64,000 nucleotides of DNA, taken from positions 49,741 to 113,740 of the IMG/VR virus record IMGVR_UViG_2940228231_000002; one strand, 5' to 3'. Source of the DNA: a virus. Taxonomy: Duplodnaviria; Caudoviricetes. Below the pieces are notes generated by a model, which searched no databases, was not told the DNA's origin, and saw nothing but the letters and a program-made list of their open reading frames with translations. Positions 19,384-28,859 of this stretch are shown in pieces; position 1 is the stretch's first letter; every line of letters starts with the position of its first letter. The translations under genes and the position numbers were made by a program.

Positions 19384-20838
19384 TTGAATAATGAACACAC
19401 AGATATTAGAAGGCTAACATTGTTAGCGGCCACTGGATGTAATTTGCAGTGCAAATACTGTGCGATAGCAAAAACAACTAATGAACACTCTAAAACCCTA
19501 TTTAGTGAAACAATCAAAGCACTAGATGATGGGACTTATTTAGAGAACACATTAAAATGTTTAGAGCGGCTTGGTGAGTCCCCATATAAAATCGAAGGAT
19601 TCGACATATGGGGGCAAGAACCTACCATGATTATTTCTCATGTTTCAAAGAACTGGGGAGATTGGTATGCTGCCTATCCAAATATCAAGTCAACATTCTT
19701 TTCTACAAACGGAATAGATATGGTTGACCAGATTTATGATTTTGTTGTTGCAGTAAATGAAGTGGCCACAAAAGAAATACAAATGGACTTTCAGGTTTCT
19801 TACGACGGAGCTTATGGCACCGAAAATGTTAGAGGCGGAGAAGGTTCCTCAATACTCAACAACTGTATTGAGTTGAATAAAAAGTTCAATCAGACTCACC
19901 TTCCAAATGTGAACGTGAGTTTTAATTTCCACGGAGTTGTGTCAAATGACCTAATTGAGTACTTAGATAACTTTGAAAAAATAGATGCCTACTTAAAAGA
20001 AATCGAAAGTTTTTTAAAGCAAGTTAGAGATACTAATATTAGTAAACATATCCGATGGAATGGAATCACATTACAGTACGAGAACGGAACAGATGTACAT
20101 GCTGAACAGGGAATCAGATTGGCTGACTTTGTGAGAAAGATAGAACATCTGAGACATGAAAACACTTATACGTTTTTCAATGATGGCGAGAGCTTTATCA
20201 TGGAGCTGTTAGGTGGGAGCATCTACATGCTTGAAGAGAAAATGAAGGAATATAACTCCCCTACTTTAGATGCTTATGTAAATGATGTACTTAACCGTAG
20301 TGATGTGGATTTGAACAGGAAGTACAAACAGGCGCCCTATTGTGGCCCCGCTAGATCTGAATTAAAAGTCATATATGATGGGACATTGGTTACTTGCCAG
20401 AACTCTATATATGACATTCAAATAGATAAGAGCACTTTAGAGAACACGGTGCGAGATGAAGCTCGCTGGGGTCAAATGACTCACGGGCACAGGATTAATT
20501 TCATTAATGATAGCGATGAAGATATTGAGAAGTATCTAAGTTTCATTGACAATACATTTAATGGCAGCGTGCAATATTTTATGATTGGCAATATTGCAAA
20601 TCTTATGTATTGCTTAGCTAAAATTGGTCAGATCTCCCCTTCCTATTTAACAGATATGGAAAAGCTCAAAAGACATGCTTTTATACTGTCAAATGTAAAC
20701 TGCTGCTACTACAACCTAGTGGTTAACTCAGGGTCGAATGTTATCCGTAATGCGAGCGAGATCAGATTGCTATGCAACGGAGTCTTAGACCTATATGAAG
20801 AGGCAGTGAATTTGAGACTTTTTAGAAACAAGGAGTAA
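19384..20838 (+). CDS. Radical SAM protein
   Basis: CNLQCKYC, WGQEPT, FSTNG, QVSYDG; C-terminal Cys (YCG...TCQ...NCCY). Confidence 0.9.
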   Translation: MNNEHTDIRRLTLLAATGCNLQCKYCAIAKTTNEHSKTLFSETIKALDDGTYLENTLKCLERLGESPYKIEGFDIWGQEPTMIISHVSKNWGDWYAAYPNIKSTFFSTNGIDMVDQIYDFVVAVNEVATKEIQMDFQVSYDGAYGTENVRGGEGSSILNNCIELNKKFNQTHLPNVNVSFNFHGVVSNDLIEYLDNFEKIDAYLKEIESFLKQVRDTNISKHIRWNGITLQYENGTDVHAEQGIRLADFVRKIEHLRHENTYTFFNDGESFIMELLGGSIYMLEEKMKEYNSPTLDAYVNDVLNRSDVDLNRKYKQAPYCGPARSELKVIYDGTLVTCQNSIYDIQIDKSTLENTVRDEARWGQMTHGHRINFINDSDEDIEKYLSFIDNTFNGSVQYFMIGNIANLMYCLAKIGQISPSYLTDMEKLKRHAFILSNVNCCYYNLVVNSGSNVIRNASEIRLLCNGVLDLYEEAVNLRLFRNKE

Positions 20839-20844
20839 TGATTT

Positions 20845-22260
20845 ATGACAAAAGGAAAATTCATCAATGATGAAAAGAAATTGATGGAATCGTATATAGA
20901 TAGTGAACTACTACCGTTGCCTATAGACAAGAACTCAATGCATATTAGCAAAAATATGTTAGAGTTGATTGTTAGACCAGAGTGCAACCAGAAGTGTGAA
21001 TACTGTTATATATATAAATATGGAACAGAGCTGTACCCTACTCGCTCTAATAAAGAAGAAACTTTGAAGAATATAGATATGATTTTAGACTATGTTTATA
21101 TGACAAGAAAAAATTTCTTCTATCAAATAGAAATCTTTGCTGGGGATCTATTTTATGACGACATTTACTTCGATATGCTAGACATATTTGAGAAATACTT
21201 TGGAGTGTTAAAGAAAAGATATGGATATCTATTTAGTCGCAGAGTTGCAATGGTAACACCATGCAATATGTCTTTCGTAGTAGAAAGTCCAGAAAAGGCT
21301 GATAGATTTATTGAATACCATAATAGATTCTTGAAGGATTATAATGTTAAATTGGCATTCTCTTGGTCTACAGACGGAATTTATTCCACAGATATTAGAG
21401 AAAAGGCAGAATTAAACGAAGAGTATTTTGATACTATATTTGAGTTCTGTAAAAGCATCGAGTCTGGATACCATCCAATGATCAGTGCGTATGGAATCGA
21501 CAACTTGAAAGATAACTACGATTGGTGGTTGTCTAAGCTCGAGCAGTTTGATTTGAGCAAGGGGCATGATTTCCAACCACCTATGTTGGAAGTTCGCAAT
21601 GGCGATGAATGGACTGATGAGGCGATTGACAAGTATTTAGATTTCTTGTCTTATGCTATGGAAAAAAGATTTGAACTATGTAATTATTCTGTTGATGCAC
21701 TTGCACAACACTTCTTTGATTACGATTCAGACGCCGAGTTAAAGAGAATGAATAACTACGATTTCTTAATTGTAGATGTGAAAAACCCAGATAGCCAAAG
21801 AACTGAGGCGATATCTTGCAGTATGCAACATACGATTCATTTTAATTGCACAAATTTATCTTTGTCTGTTTGCCATAGGACTACCTACCCAGAATTCACT
21901 GGGGCGTATTTTAAAACTGACGAGACAAATAGTCGCATTGTAGATATTGAACCTCATAATGTAAGTGGATATATCACACTTAGATGCATGGATATTTCCA
22001 AAGGCCCTATGTGCGTAGATTGTGAGATTCAAAATAATTGCTTGCACGGGTGCATTGGTGCTCAATATGAATACTCTGGGGAGATTATGCTACCTATCCC
22101 ATCTGTTTGTAATCTGTTTAAGAAGAAAGTTAAACATTTGGTTAAGCTATACAACGAATACGGATTAATTGATAGTGCAATAAAAAACAATTATCTACAG
22201 GGATATGGCAAAGAATTTTGGCTTGAAAAATCTAAAGAATTGGGGTACGAATATGCGTGA
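20845..22260 (+). CDS. Radical SAM/SPASM-domain protein
   Basis: CNQKCEYC, SWSTDG; SPASM-like SC...VCHR...CVDCEIQNNCLHGC...C. Confidence 0.9.
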   Translation: MTKGKFINDEKKLMESYIDSELLPLPIDKNSMHISKNMLELIVRPECNQKCEYCYIYKYGTELYPTRSNKEETLKNIDMILDYVYMTRKNFFYQIEIFAGDLFYDDIYFDMLDIFEKYFGVLKKRYGYLFSRRVAMVTPCNMSFVVESPEKADRFIEYHNRFLKDYNVKLAFSWSTDGIYSTDIREKAELNEEYFDTIFEFCKSIESGYHPMISAYGIDNLKDNYDWWLSKLEQFDLSKGHDFQPPMLEVRNGDEWTDEAIDKYLDFLSYAMEKRFELCNYSVDALAQHFFDYDSDAELKRMNNYDFLIVDVKNPDSQRTEAISCSMQHTIHFNCTNLSLSVCHRTTYPEFTGAYFKTDETNSRIVDIEPHNVSGYITLRCMDISKGPMCVDCEIQNNCLHGCIGAQYEYSGEIMLPIPSVCNLFKKKVKHLVKLYNEYGLIDSAIKNNYLQGYGKEFWLEKSKELGYEYA

Positions 22261-22648
22261 AAAAGATGATTTTATTAGTATCCTAAGAGAGATGGAAAAC
22301 TCTTTCGATGCTAGTAATATTGAAGACTATTACAATATAATTGGAACTATTGGAATGCTTATGGCAAACAAAGAAGAAGATTCAGAGATTTGGGAACATA
22401 TTCTCTCTATCGTTGGAAAAGTTATGTCTACGAGTCATGTCGATAGTCCTAAAAAGAATAATGATATGGGGTTTACTCCAAGCACTAATGATGTGTTGTA
22501 TTATAGGCTCAACAACTTTAGTGATGAAAAAATGAAACAACAGGTGCAAAAATATGACGAACTATCGGACTCGCTAAAAAAGGTGATATCCTTTAGAATA
22601 GTTTGCCCTGACATATGCGAACCTAACTATGGAGTATTTTTAGATTAA
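22253..22648 (+). CDS. Hypothetical protein
   Basis: Overlaps the stop of the rSAM gene; CPDIC near the C-terminus. Confidence 0.7.
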   Translation: MREKDDFISILREMENSFDASNIEDYYNIIGTIGMLMANKEEDSEIWEHILSIVGKVMSTSHVDSPKKNNDMGFTPSTNDVLYYRLNNFSDEKMKQQVQKYDELSDSLKKVISFRIVCPDICEPNYGVFLD

Positions 22649-22649
22649 G

Positions 22650-23522
22650 ATGATCTATTTCACACTTCCAAGCCTATACAATAACTTTGAGATAAATGAC
22701 TTCTTTGTTAATTTATCAAATTATTATAGTCATTTCTTTAAGTATAAAGTCGTGTTCTCTAGTGTGACTGGGAACTTCCCTTTCTGCTATTGGAACGGCG
22801 GGTATAACAACAATATCGACGGGCATAATATTGCAACATATGAGGACTTTGTTTCCTGTGCGGAAGAATACAGTGCCCCTATCAGATTTAATTGTGCAAA
22901 TGTTTGCTTGCAAGAAAATGACGTTAATGATACGATGGCTAACTTAATACTGTCGGTAAACCAAACTGGTTCAAATAGTATTGAGTTATCTAATTTGGAA
23001 ATATATGAAACACTCAAAAAGAAATATCCTGAGTATACCTATGTCTTCTCAAAAGAAGCGGACTTAGTATTTCCAATGACACCAGAGATTATAAATATAA
23101 TCGACAAAGAGTGCGATTTCAAGTTAATCTCTTTGCCAGAAGATAAAACAACTGATATGAGTTTTTTAGAAGCGATAAGCAATCCATCTAAAATAGAACT
23201 GTCAGTCAACACAGTATGCAACAAGAGTTGCGTAAAATATAAGCAGTGCAAAATGCACGAACACCAATCTCAGTATGACTTTTCAGAAGTTAACAACTAC
23301 AAACGATGTCAAGAGCACAGCTCTTATGCAGAACGTGCTCCTATGATCACAATGGATGATATCGTCGCTAAGTATTTACCAAAAGGTTTTAATCACTTTA
23401 CATTGGCTGAGGTCATCTCAGACAGCCGTGATAATCTAATAAACTTCTTGGTGAATTATTTTATTAAGGATGAAAACAAAGCTGAGGTCTATGAGATGAT
23501 TATGAAAAAAGGAAAAATTTAA
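22650..23522 (+). CDS. Peptidase U32-family-like Fe-S protein (paralog 2, degenerate C-terminal motif)
   Basis: FCYWNGG, ELSVNTVCNKSC and GFNHF align with paralogs 1 and 3. Confidence 0.65.
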   Translation: MIYFTLPSLYNNFEINDFFVNLSNYYSHFFKYKVVFSSVTGNFPFCYWNGGYNNNIDGHNIATYEDFVSCAEEYSAPIRFNCANVCLQENDVNDTMANLILSVNQTGSNSIELSNLEIYETLKKKYPEYTYVFSKEADLVFPMTPEIINIIDKECDFKLISLPEDKTTDMSFLEAISNPSKIELSVNTVCNKSCVKYKQCKMHEHQSQYDFSEVNNYKRCQEHSSYAERAPMITMDDIVAKYLPKGFNHFTLAEVISDSRDNLINFLVNYFIKDENKAEVYEMIMKKGKI

Positions 23523-23523
23523 T

Positions 23524-24396
23524 ATGATTAAATACGCCATTCCTGGCATGTGGGAATTGAGAGATTTGAATTTCAAATATTTGAATCTTATGAGAACACA
23601 TCCAGAGTTCTTCTATGAAGATATAGAAGTTGAGGTGGTATATGGGAATCCCCAATTCTGTATTTGGGACGGTGGCAGAATTTTTCAGAAGTATGAATTC
23701 GCTACATTAGAAAAAATCAATCACACAGTTGGAGTTTACAATGAAGCATTTAATCTACCAGTGAGATACATATTCACGAACTGCAAGTTAGAGCCTGTTC
23801 ATTATCAGGATAGGTTTGGTAATTTGCTCATGGAGGTTGCCCACAGCGGAAAGAATGATGTAGTTGTTGCTGATGACGATTTTTGTGATTTTCTAAGTTC
23901 AAAATATCCTAACTACAGATATATATCCTCAACTACTAAATGTATTGAAGATGAAGAATTAGCAAAAAAAGAATTAAATAAAGATAGATATGGTCTTGTG
24001 TGTCTTGACTATAATCTAAATAGAAAAATGGACTTTCTAAAGTCACTAAATGACAAGGAGAAAGCAAAGACAGAACTTTTAATAAACGCAATCTGCCCCC
24101 CAGGGTGTCAGCATAGAAAAGAGCACTACTACCTAAATAGTATGTGTTCTTTGTCTTATGGGAAGAAATACACTATGGAGCACTGCTCTATCAAGACTAA
24201 TATAACAGACCCACAAGCGAGAAAGCACTACATGTCTTACGAGACAATTAAAAATGTTTATGCTCCAATGGGGTTTGAGCATTTTAAGATTGAGGGGCGT
24301 ACCTTGAGTTTATTAGAGACTATACTGAGCTATTGCTACTTTATGGTAAAGCCAGAGTATCATGACCAAGTTGTCATCCTGTCTTTATTGGAATGA
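23524..24396 (+). CDS. Peptidase U32-family-like Fe-S protein (paralog 3)
   Basis: CIWDGGR, ELLINAICPPGC, GFEHFKIEGR. Confidence 0.75.
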   Translation: MIKYAIPGMWELRDLNFKYLNLMRTHPEFFYEDIEVEVVYGNPQFCIWDGGRIFQKYEFATLEKINHTVGVYNEAFNLPVRYIFTNCKLEPVHYQDRFGNLLMEVAHSGKNDVVVADDDFCDFLSSKYPNYRYISSTTKCIEDEELAKKELNKDRYGLVCLDYNLNRKMDFLKSLNDKEKAKTELLINAICPPGCQHRKEHYYLNSMCSLSYGKKYTMEHCSIKTNITDPQARKHYMSYETIKNVYAPMGFEHFKIEGRTLSLLETILSYCYFMVKPEYHDQVVILSLLE

Positions 24397-24399
24397 GAT

Positions 24400-25047
24400 A
24401 TGCAAAAAATACTTACGATTGACTTTGATGTGGTTATGGCACCGAGTATAGACACCTATAATAATCTAATTCCTGGAGCCAAATGGGAAGAATTAAACAA
24501 GATGCCAATGATGAAAAATCTACAGGCTGACTATATTCATTACCAAAGACTAACAAAGTTGGTGCTATCCTTATCAAAGCAGATGCCTCGTGAAGATATA
24601 TTCTTCATAGAAAATCATGGAAAGATAGTTGACTTAGTAGAGCACGGTGACGACATAGGTTTAATCAACATCGATCATCACCACGATATTAAATATCCGA
24701 AAAACAAAGTGCCTGAAGGTATATGCACTTGTGGTAATTGGGTGTCAGAATTGCTGACCAATAGTCGTAGTGTTGGACATCTTTGGATTAACAACCCCAC
24801 ATCTAAAATGCCAGATGAAGATGTTTCAGGAAACTATATTTTTGAACATGCTCTGCTTGAAGATTACGACCTACAGAAGATTGGAGTTCCAGACAAAATG
24901 TTTCTCTGTCTATCAGAGCCTTGGATTCCACCACAATATAGACCACTGTTCTTTTTGTGGGTTGATATGCTGAGCGTAGAGTTTGACCATGAATATTTAG
25001 TGGACTTCTCTATGCCAAGAAATGAAGGTGTTGTATATGAAAAATAA
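24400..25047 (+). CDS. UPF0489-family protein (putative metallo-hydrolase)
   Basis: LTIDFD, ENH, INIDHHHD, CGNW and LCLS.PW motifs. Confidence 0.7.
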   Translation: MQKILTIDFDVVMAPSIDTYNNLIPGAKWEELNKMPMMKNLQADYIHYQRLTKLVLSLSKQMPREDIFFIENHGKIVDLVEHGDDIGLINIDHHHDIKYPKNKVPEGICTCGNWVSELLTNSRSVGHLWINNPTSKMPDEDVSGNYIFEHALLEDYDLQKIGVPDKMFLCLSEPWIPPQYRPLFFLWVDMLSVEFDHEYLVDFSMPRNEGVVYEK

Positions 25048-25840
25048 AACACTTCTAGTATCAAGAGAACATCGGTCTGAGAATACCATTGTCAGATGTG
25101 GGAAGAATAATCAAGTTGAGTTTGGAGGAAACACTCCTCAGATAATTGCAGGGCCTTGTGCTGTTGAGTCTAGAGAACAAATACTGCGAATAGCAAGGAA
25201 TGTGCAAAAGTGCGGAGCCACACTATTAAGAGGTGGAGCTTTTAAGCCAAGAACCTCTCCCTACTCTTTTCAAGGACTAGGAGAATTAGGTCTGCAATAT
25301 TTACTAGAAGCAAAAGAACAAACTGGACTACCTGTAGTTTCTGAAATAATGGATGTATCACAAATAGATCTATTTGAAAATGTAGACATATTACAAGTTG
25401 GTGCACGGAGTATGCAAAACTTCCAATTATTAAAATCACTTGGACAGTTGAATAAGCCAATTCTACTCAAGCGAGGGTTTCAAAATACAGTAGACGAGTT
25501 TTTGCTATGTGCTGAATATTTAATGTCTCACGGAAATAGAAAGATAATTTTATGCGAAAGAGGAATCAGGAGCTTTGACCCGCTGATGCCTTTCTCCTTA
25601 GATATTAGTGTTGTTCCATTGCTAAAAGAAAAGACGCACTTACCAATAATTGTAGACCCAAGCCACGCAACTGCAAATAGTAAATTAGTTGTGCCAATGG
25701 CTAGGGCTGCTCTGCTCGTTGGAGCTGATGGTGTTATGGTAGAAACACATGATAAACCAGAAGATGCTCTATGTGACGGAGACAATGCTATTGGATATGA
25801 AGAATTGAAATCAATAACTATGAATAAACGGGAGACGTAA
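25037..25840 (+). CDS. aroF: DAHP synthase (3-deoxy-7-phosphoheptulonate synthase), type I-beta, catalytic barrel only
   Basis: IAGPCAVES, RGGAFKPRTSPYSFQG, QVGAR, LLKRG, LCERG, DPSHA and ALCDG. Confidence 0.93.
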   Translation: MKNKTLLVSREHRSENTIVRCGKNNQVEFGGNTPQIIAGPCAVESREQILRIARNVQKCGATLLRGGAFKPRTSPYSFQGLGELGLQYLLEAKEQTGLPVVSEIMDVSQIDLFENVDILQVGARSMQNFQLLKSLGQLNKPILLKRGFQNTVDEFLLCAEYLMSHGNRKIILCERGIRSFDPLMPFSLDISVVPLLKEKTHLPIIVDPSHATANSKLVVPMARAALLVGADGVMVETHDKPEDALCDGDNAIGYEELKSITMNKRET

Positions 25841-25853
25841 CACTCCCGTTTTT
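25825..25853 (+). terminator. Intrinsic terminator closing the modification island
   Basis: AAACGGGAG...CTCCCGTTT followed by a T-run. Confidence 0.7.
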
Positions 25854-25891
25854 CAATTGGATAAAAAGAGAAAAGGAGTGATTCTACAGCT

Positions 25892-26953
25892 ATGAAACCA
25901 AAGGTTGCCACCAGGAACACACCTGAAGATAAAATGTTTACTTGCACAATGTGTGGCAAATCATATGAAAACCCAGAGCGTAGATTTTTTAAGACTAAAA
26001 GCAAATTATATGAAAAAAACGACATGTATTATTGTGTATGTAGATCATGTTTAGAGGAGAAGTTTGAGGAGTTTAAAAAAAGATATGACGAACGTACAGC
26101 AATGCTTGTTATGTGTCATTATCTAGATGTTCCCTTCTACTATTCTCTATACGACAGTGTAATTAAAAACAACGACAAGTTTACAATTGGATTGTATTTC
26201 CGTCAAATGAATACCAAGCAATTTTATTCTAAGACGTTTGTAAACACTTTAGTCGATAAGAAAGAGCTTGGTATCGATACTGAAAAATATGAAGTTATCA
26301 AAGAAGAGAAATGGTCTGTGAGTGATACCAAGACTAAAAATAATGTAATTGAAACCATAGGCTACGACCCATTTGAAGGATATGACGAAAACCAAAGGAA
26401 GTTCTTGTTTACCAACATCGCTGGATACTTAGGTGATGATGGAATTGATGAGGATAACTATAAGATTTCTCAAATCATTCAATTGGTAAATAACAACTAT
26501 CAGATATCACAAATAGACATGATGATTCCTAGATTGAATACATCAACTCACTTAGATGATATCAAGTCATTAAATAAACTAAAAAAAGACCTTGTTGATA
26601 GTAACGATAAGATTGCAAAACAAAATGGAATCTCTGTTAATAACAGAAAAGACCAAGAAGTCGGCAAGTCTACCCTCACACACCTAATGAAGAAACTGAG
26701 AGAATTAGACTTTGATGATGCCGAGGAGAATTATTATAATCAACTACAAAGTGCTGGCAGTCAATGGGCAGCAAATATGTCTTTTAAGTCAATCATGGAA
26801 CATGGATTCTTTGATGAAAACGACCGTGAAGAAGTGTTTGAAACGCAACGTAATCTAATAGAAAAATTACAAAAGCAAGTTGATGACACAAGTGAAGAAA
26901 ATCGTCTATTAAAACTTGAAAATATTGAACTTAAAGAGGCGGTGAAATCATGA
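25892..26953 (+). CDS. Putative terminase small subunit (N-terminal Zn finger)
   Basis: CTMC...CRSC; overlaps the terminase large subunit; SPbeta-like position. Confidence 0.65.
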   Translation: MKPKVATRNTPEDKMFTCTMCGKSYENPERRFFKTKSKLYEKNDMYYCVCRSCLEEKFEEFKKRYDERTAMLVMCHYLDVPFYYSLYDSVIKNNDKFTIGLYFRQMNTKQFYSKTFVNTLVDKKELGIDTEKYEVIKEEKWSVSDTKTKNNVIETIGYDPFEGYDENQRKFLFTNIAGYLGDDGIDEDNYKISQIIQLVNNNYQISQIDMMIPRLNTSTHLDDIKSLNKLKKDLVDSNDKIAKQNGISVNNRKDQEVGKSTLTHLMKKLRELDFDDAEENYYNQLQSAGSQWAANMSFKSIMEHGFFDENDREEVFETQRNLIEKLQKQVDDTSEENRLLKLENIELKEAVKS

Positions 26954-28845
26954 TTTCAAACCCCTCTGCGAAATTTAAGCAACTAAAGCAAAAGCATAAA
27001 GTTTTAAGCGAAGTCAAGAGAAAAGTGTATGAGCTAGATGCTAAGACCATTGCATTCTATAGGAGAAATCCTTGTATCGCAGCAGAAGATTTGCTTGGAG
27101 TGAGGCTTATTGACTCGCAGAAGTATATATTGCAGTCAACATGGAACGCCCAGCACTCAGCTTGGTGCTGTAGTCGAAATTTTGGTAAGTCTCTAATTGG
27201 TGCTGTGTTTATTATCTTAAAAGCAATCCTTTATGAGAACCAAGCTATATATATAGTATCTAGCGTTGGTGATCAGGCTAAGGAGACATTTGAGAAGATA
27301 GAACAAATTGTTACCAGAATTGGCAAGACCGCAGCTTCATTTAGAAATTTAAAAGACATTGTGGAAAAAGAAACTACAAAGTCTGGAAGTAACAAAACTG
27401 GATTCAGTCATAACCCTGCGGGATATGAAGTGTCTTTCTTTAACGGTAGTGCAATCTACACACTTAACAGTAATCCAGATAGTGCACGTTCACGAAGAGC
27501 TACACTGGTATTCTTTGATGAGGCAGCGTTCTGTTCTGATGAATTAATAGCAGTCTGCGAAGCTTTTGCAACACAGAGCACTGACTTCGTTACTTCTACA
27601 GATAGAGACTTTAGGGCTGACTTAGTTCCGCTTAAAGTTCCTACTCAGCTTGTATATGCATCATCTCAAGATGATATGGACACAATGTTCTATAAACATT
27701 ATAAGGAATTTTCAAAGAAGATGATTGCGGGAGATAGAAATTATTTTGCCTGTGACATGATTTGCGATACAGCAATAAATATCTTCATTGACGGAGAGAA
27801 ATCTCCCCCGCTACTTACTCAAGAAAAAGTAGATACTGCAATGAAACTAGACCCAGACAAAGCAAGGCGAGAATATTATAACGAACCAACACGGGACGGT
27901 GGTAGTTCTCAAATAGTGAAATGGCGTACTGTGCGTAAAAACGAGAAATTAATAATTCCATACGCAGAATGGCGACCAGAAAACAGAATTGTTTTAGCAT
28001 TTGACCCTGCCAGAACTGGAGACAACTCAATACTGAGTGTAATGAATTTATATGAAGATTCGGAGCTTGGACTCTGTGGAGATGTCATTAACTGCGTAAA
28101 CTTTATAGATATTGCAACAAAGCATAAATATATGTTGGATTCTGCAAAACAATTGCAGATGATTAGAAACTATCTGCTGCTATATAACGGCGACAATCCT
28201 GATTATGAATATATAGACAGATTATTGATTGACGCTGGAGCTGGTGGAGGTGGGCTTGCATATACAGACCACTTATTGAGTGATTGGACAGATGCTAGCG
28301 GAAAAGTGCATAAAGGATTAATTGACAAAGAAAATCCTATTTATAGTGAAAATGCAAAACATCATAGAGACGCAATTGACAAACTCAGGGCAATCTCACC
28401 AAAGAAATATAGAACACAAATGGTTGAAGAATTTATTGAGCTCTTCGAGCTTGGGGTAATTAAACTTCCATTTGGAAATACTGGGCAAGACTTTATTAGA
28501 ATTGCGAAAACAGTCGAAGCTAAAAAAGGTGCTAAGAAAAAAGACATAGAAGAAGAATTTGATCTGTATTACCTAAGTGATGAAGAAAAGATTGCTCTTG
28601 CTCAAATAGACTTAATGAAAAATGAAATAACATCAATACATAAAAGTTCCAATGCAGAGAAAACCTCAGTTGTTTATGCTCTGGCCAATGAAAAGCGGAA
28701 CAAGATGCATGATGATAGATTCTATACCATATTAATGTTAGCACATAGATTATACGAATTAAGGCGCTCGTCTTCAATGAGGGTTGATAGAAACAAAAAA
28801 GATACATCAACCCTATTTCAAGTGCGTAAGCCTGTATTTAAGTAG
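26950..28845 (+). CDS. terL: Terminase large subunit
   Basis: Walker A SRNFGKS, Walker B VFFDEAAF, nuclease LAFDPAR.GD, LIDAGAGG and HDDR. Confidence 0.93.
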   Translation: MISNPSAKFKQLKQKHKVLSEVKRKVYELDAKTIAFYRRNPCIAAEDLLGVRLIDSQKYILQSTWNAQHSAWCCSRNFGKSLIGAVFIILKAILYENQAIYIVSSVGDQAKETFEKIEQIVTRIGKTAASFRNLKDIVEKETTKSGSNKTGFSHNPAGYEVSFFNGSAIYTLNSNPDSARSRRATLVFFDEAAFCSDELIAVCEAFATQSTDFVTSTDRDFRADLVPLKVPTQLVYASSQDDMDTMFYKHYKEFSKKMIAGDRNYFACDMICDTAINIFIDGEKSPPLLTQEKVDTAMKLDPDKARREYYNEPTRDGGSSQIVKWRTVRKNEKLIIPYAEWRPENRIVLAFDPARTGDNSILSVMNLYEDSELGLCGDVINCVNFIDIATKHKYMLDSAKQLQMIRNYLLLYNGDNPDYEYIDRLLIDAGAGGGGLAYTDHLLSDWTDASGKVHKGLIDKENPIYSENAKHHRDAIDKLRAISPKKYRTQMVEEFIELFELGVIKLPFGNTGQDFIRIAKTVEAKKGAKKKDIEEEFDLYYLSDEEKIALAQIDLMKNEITSIHKSSNAEKTSVVYALANEKRNKMHDDRFYTILMLAHRLYELRRSSSMRVDRNKKDTSTLFQVRKPVFK

Positions 28846-28859
28846 AAAGGAGGAAAGAT

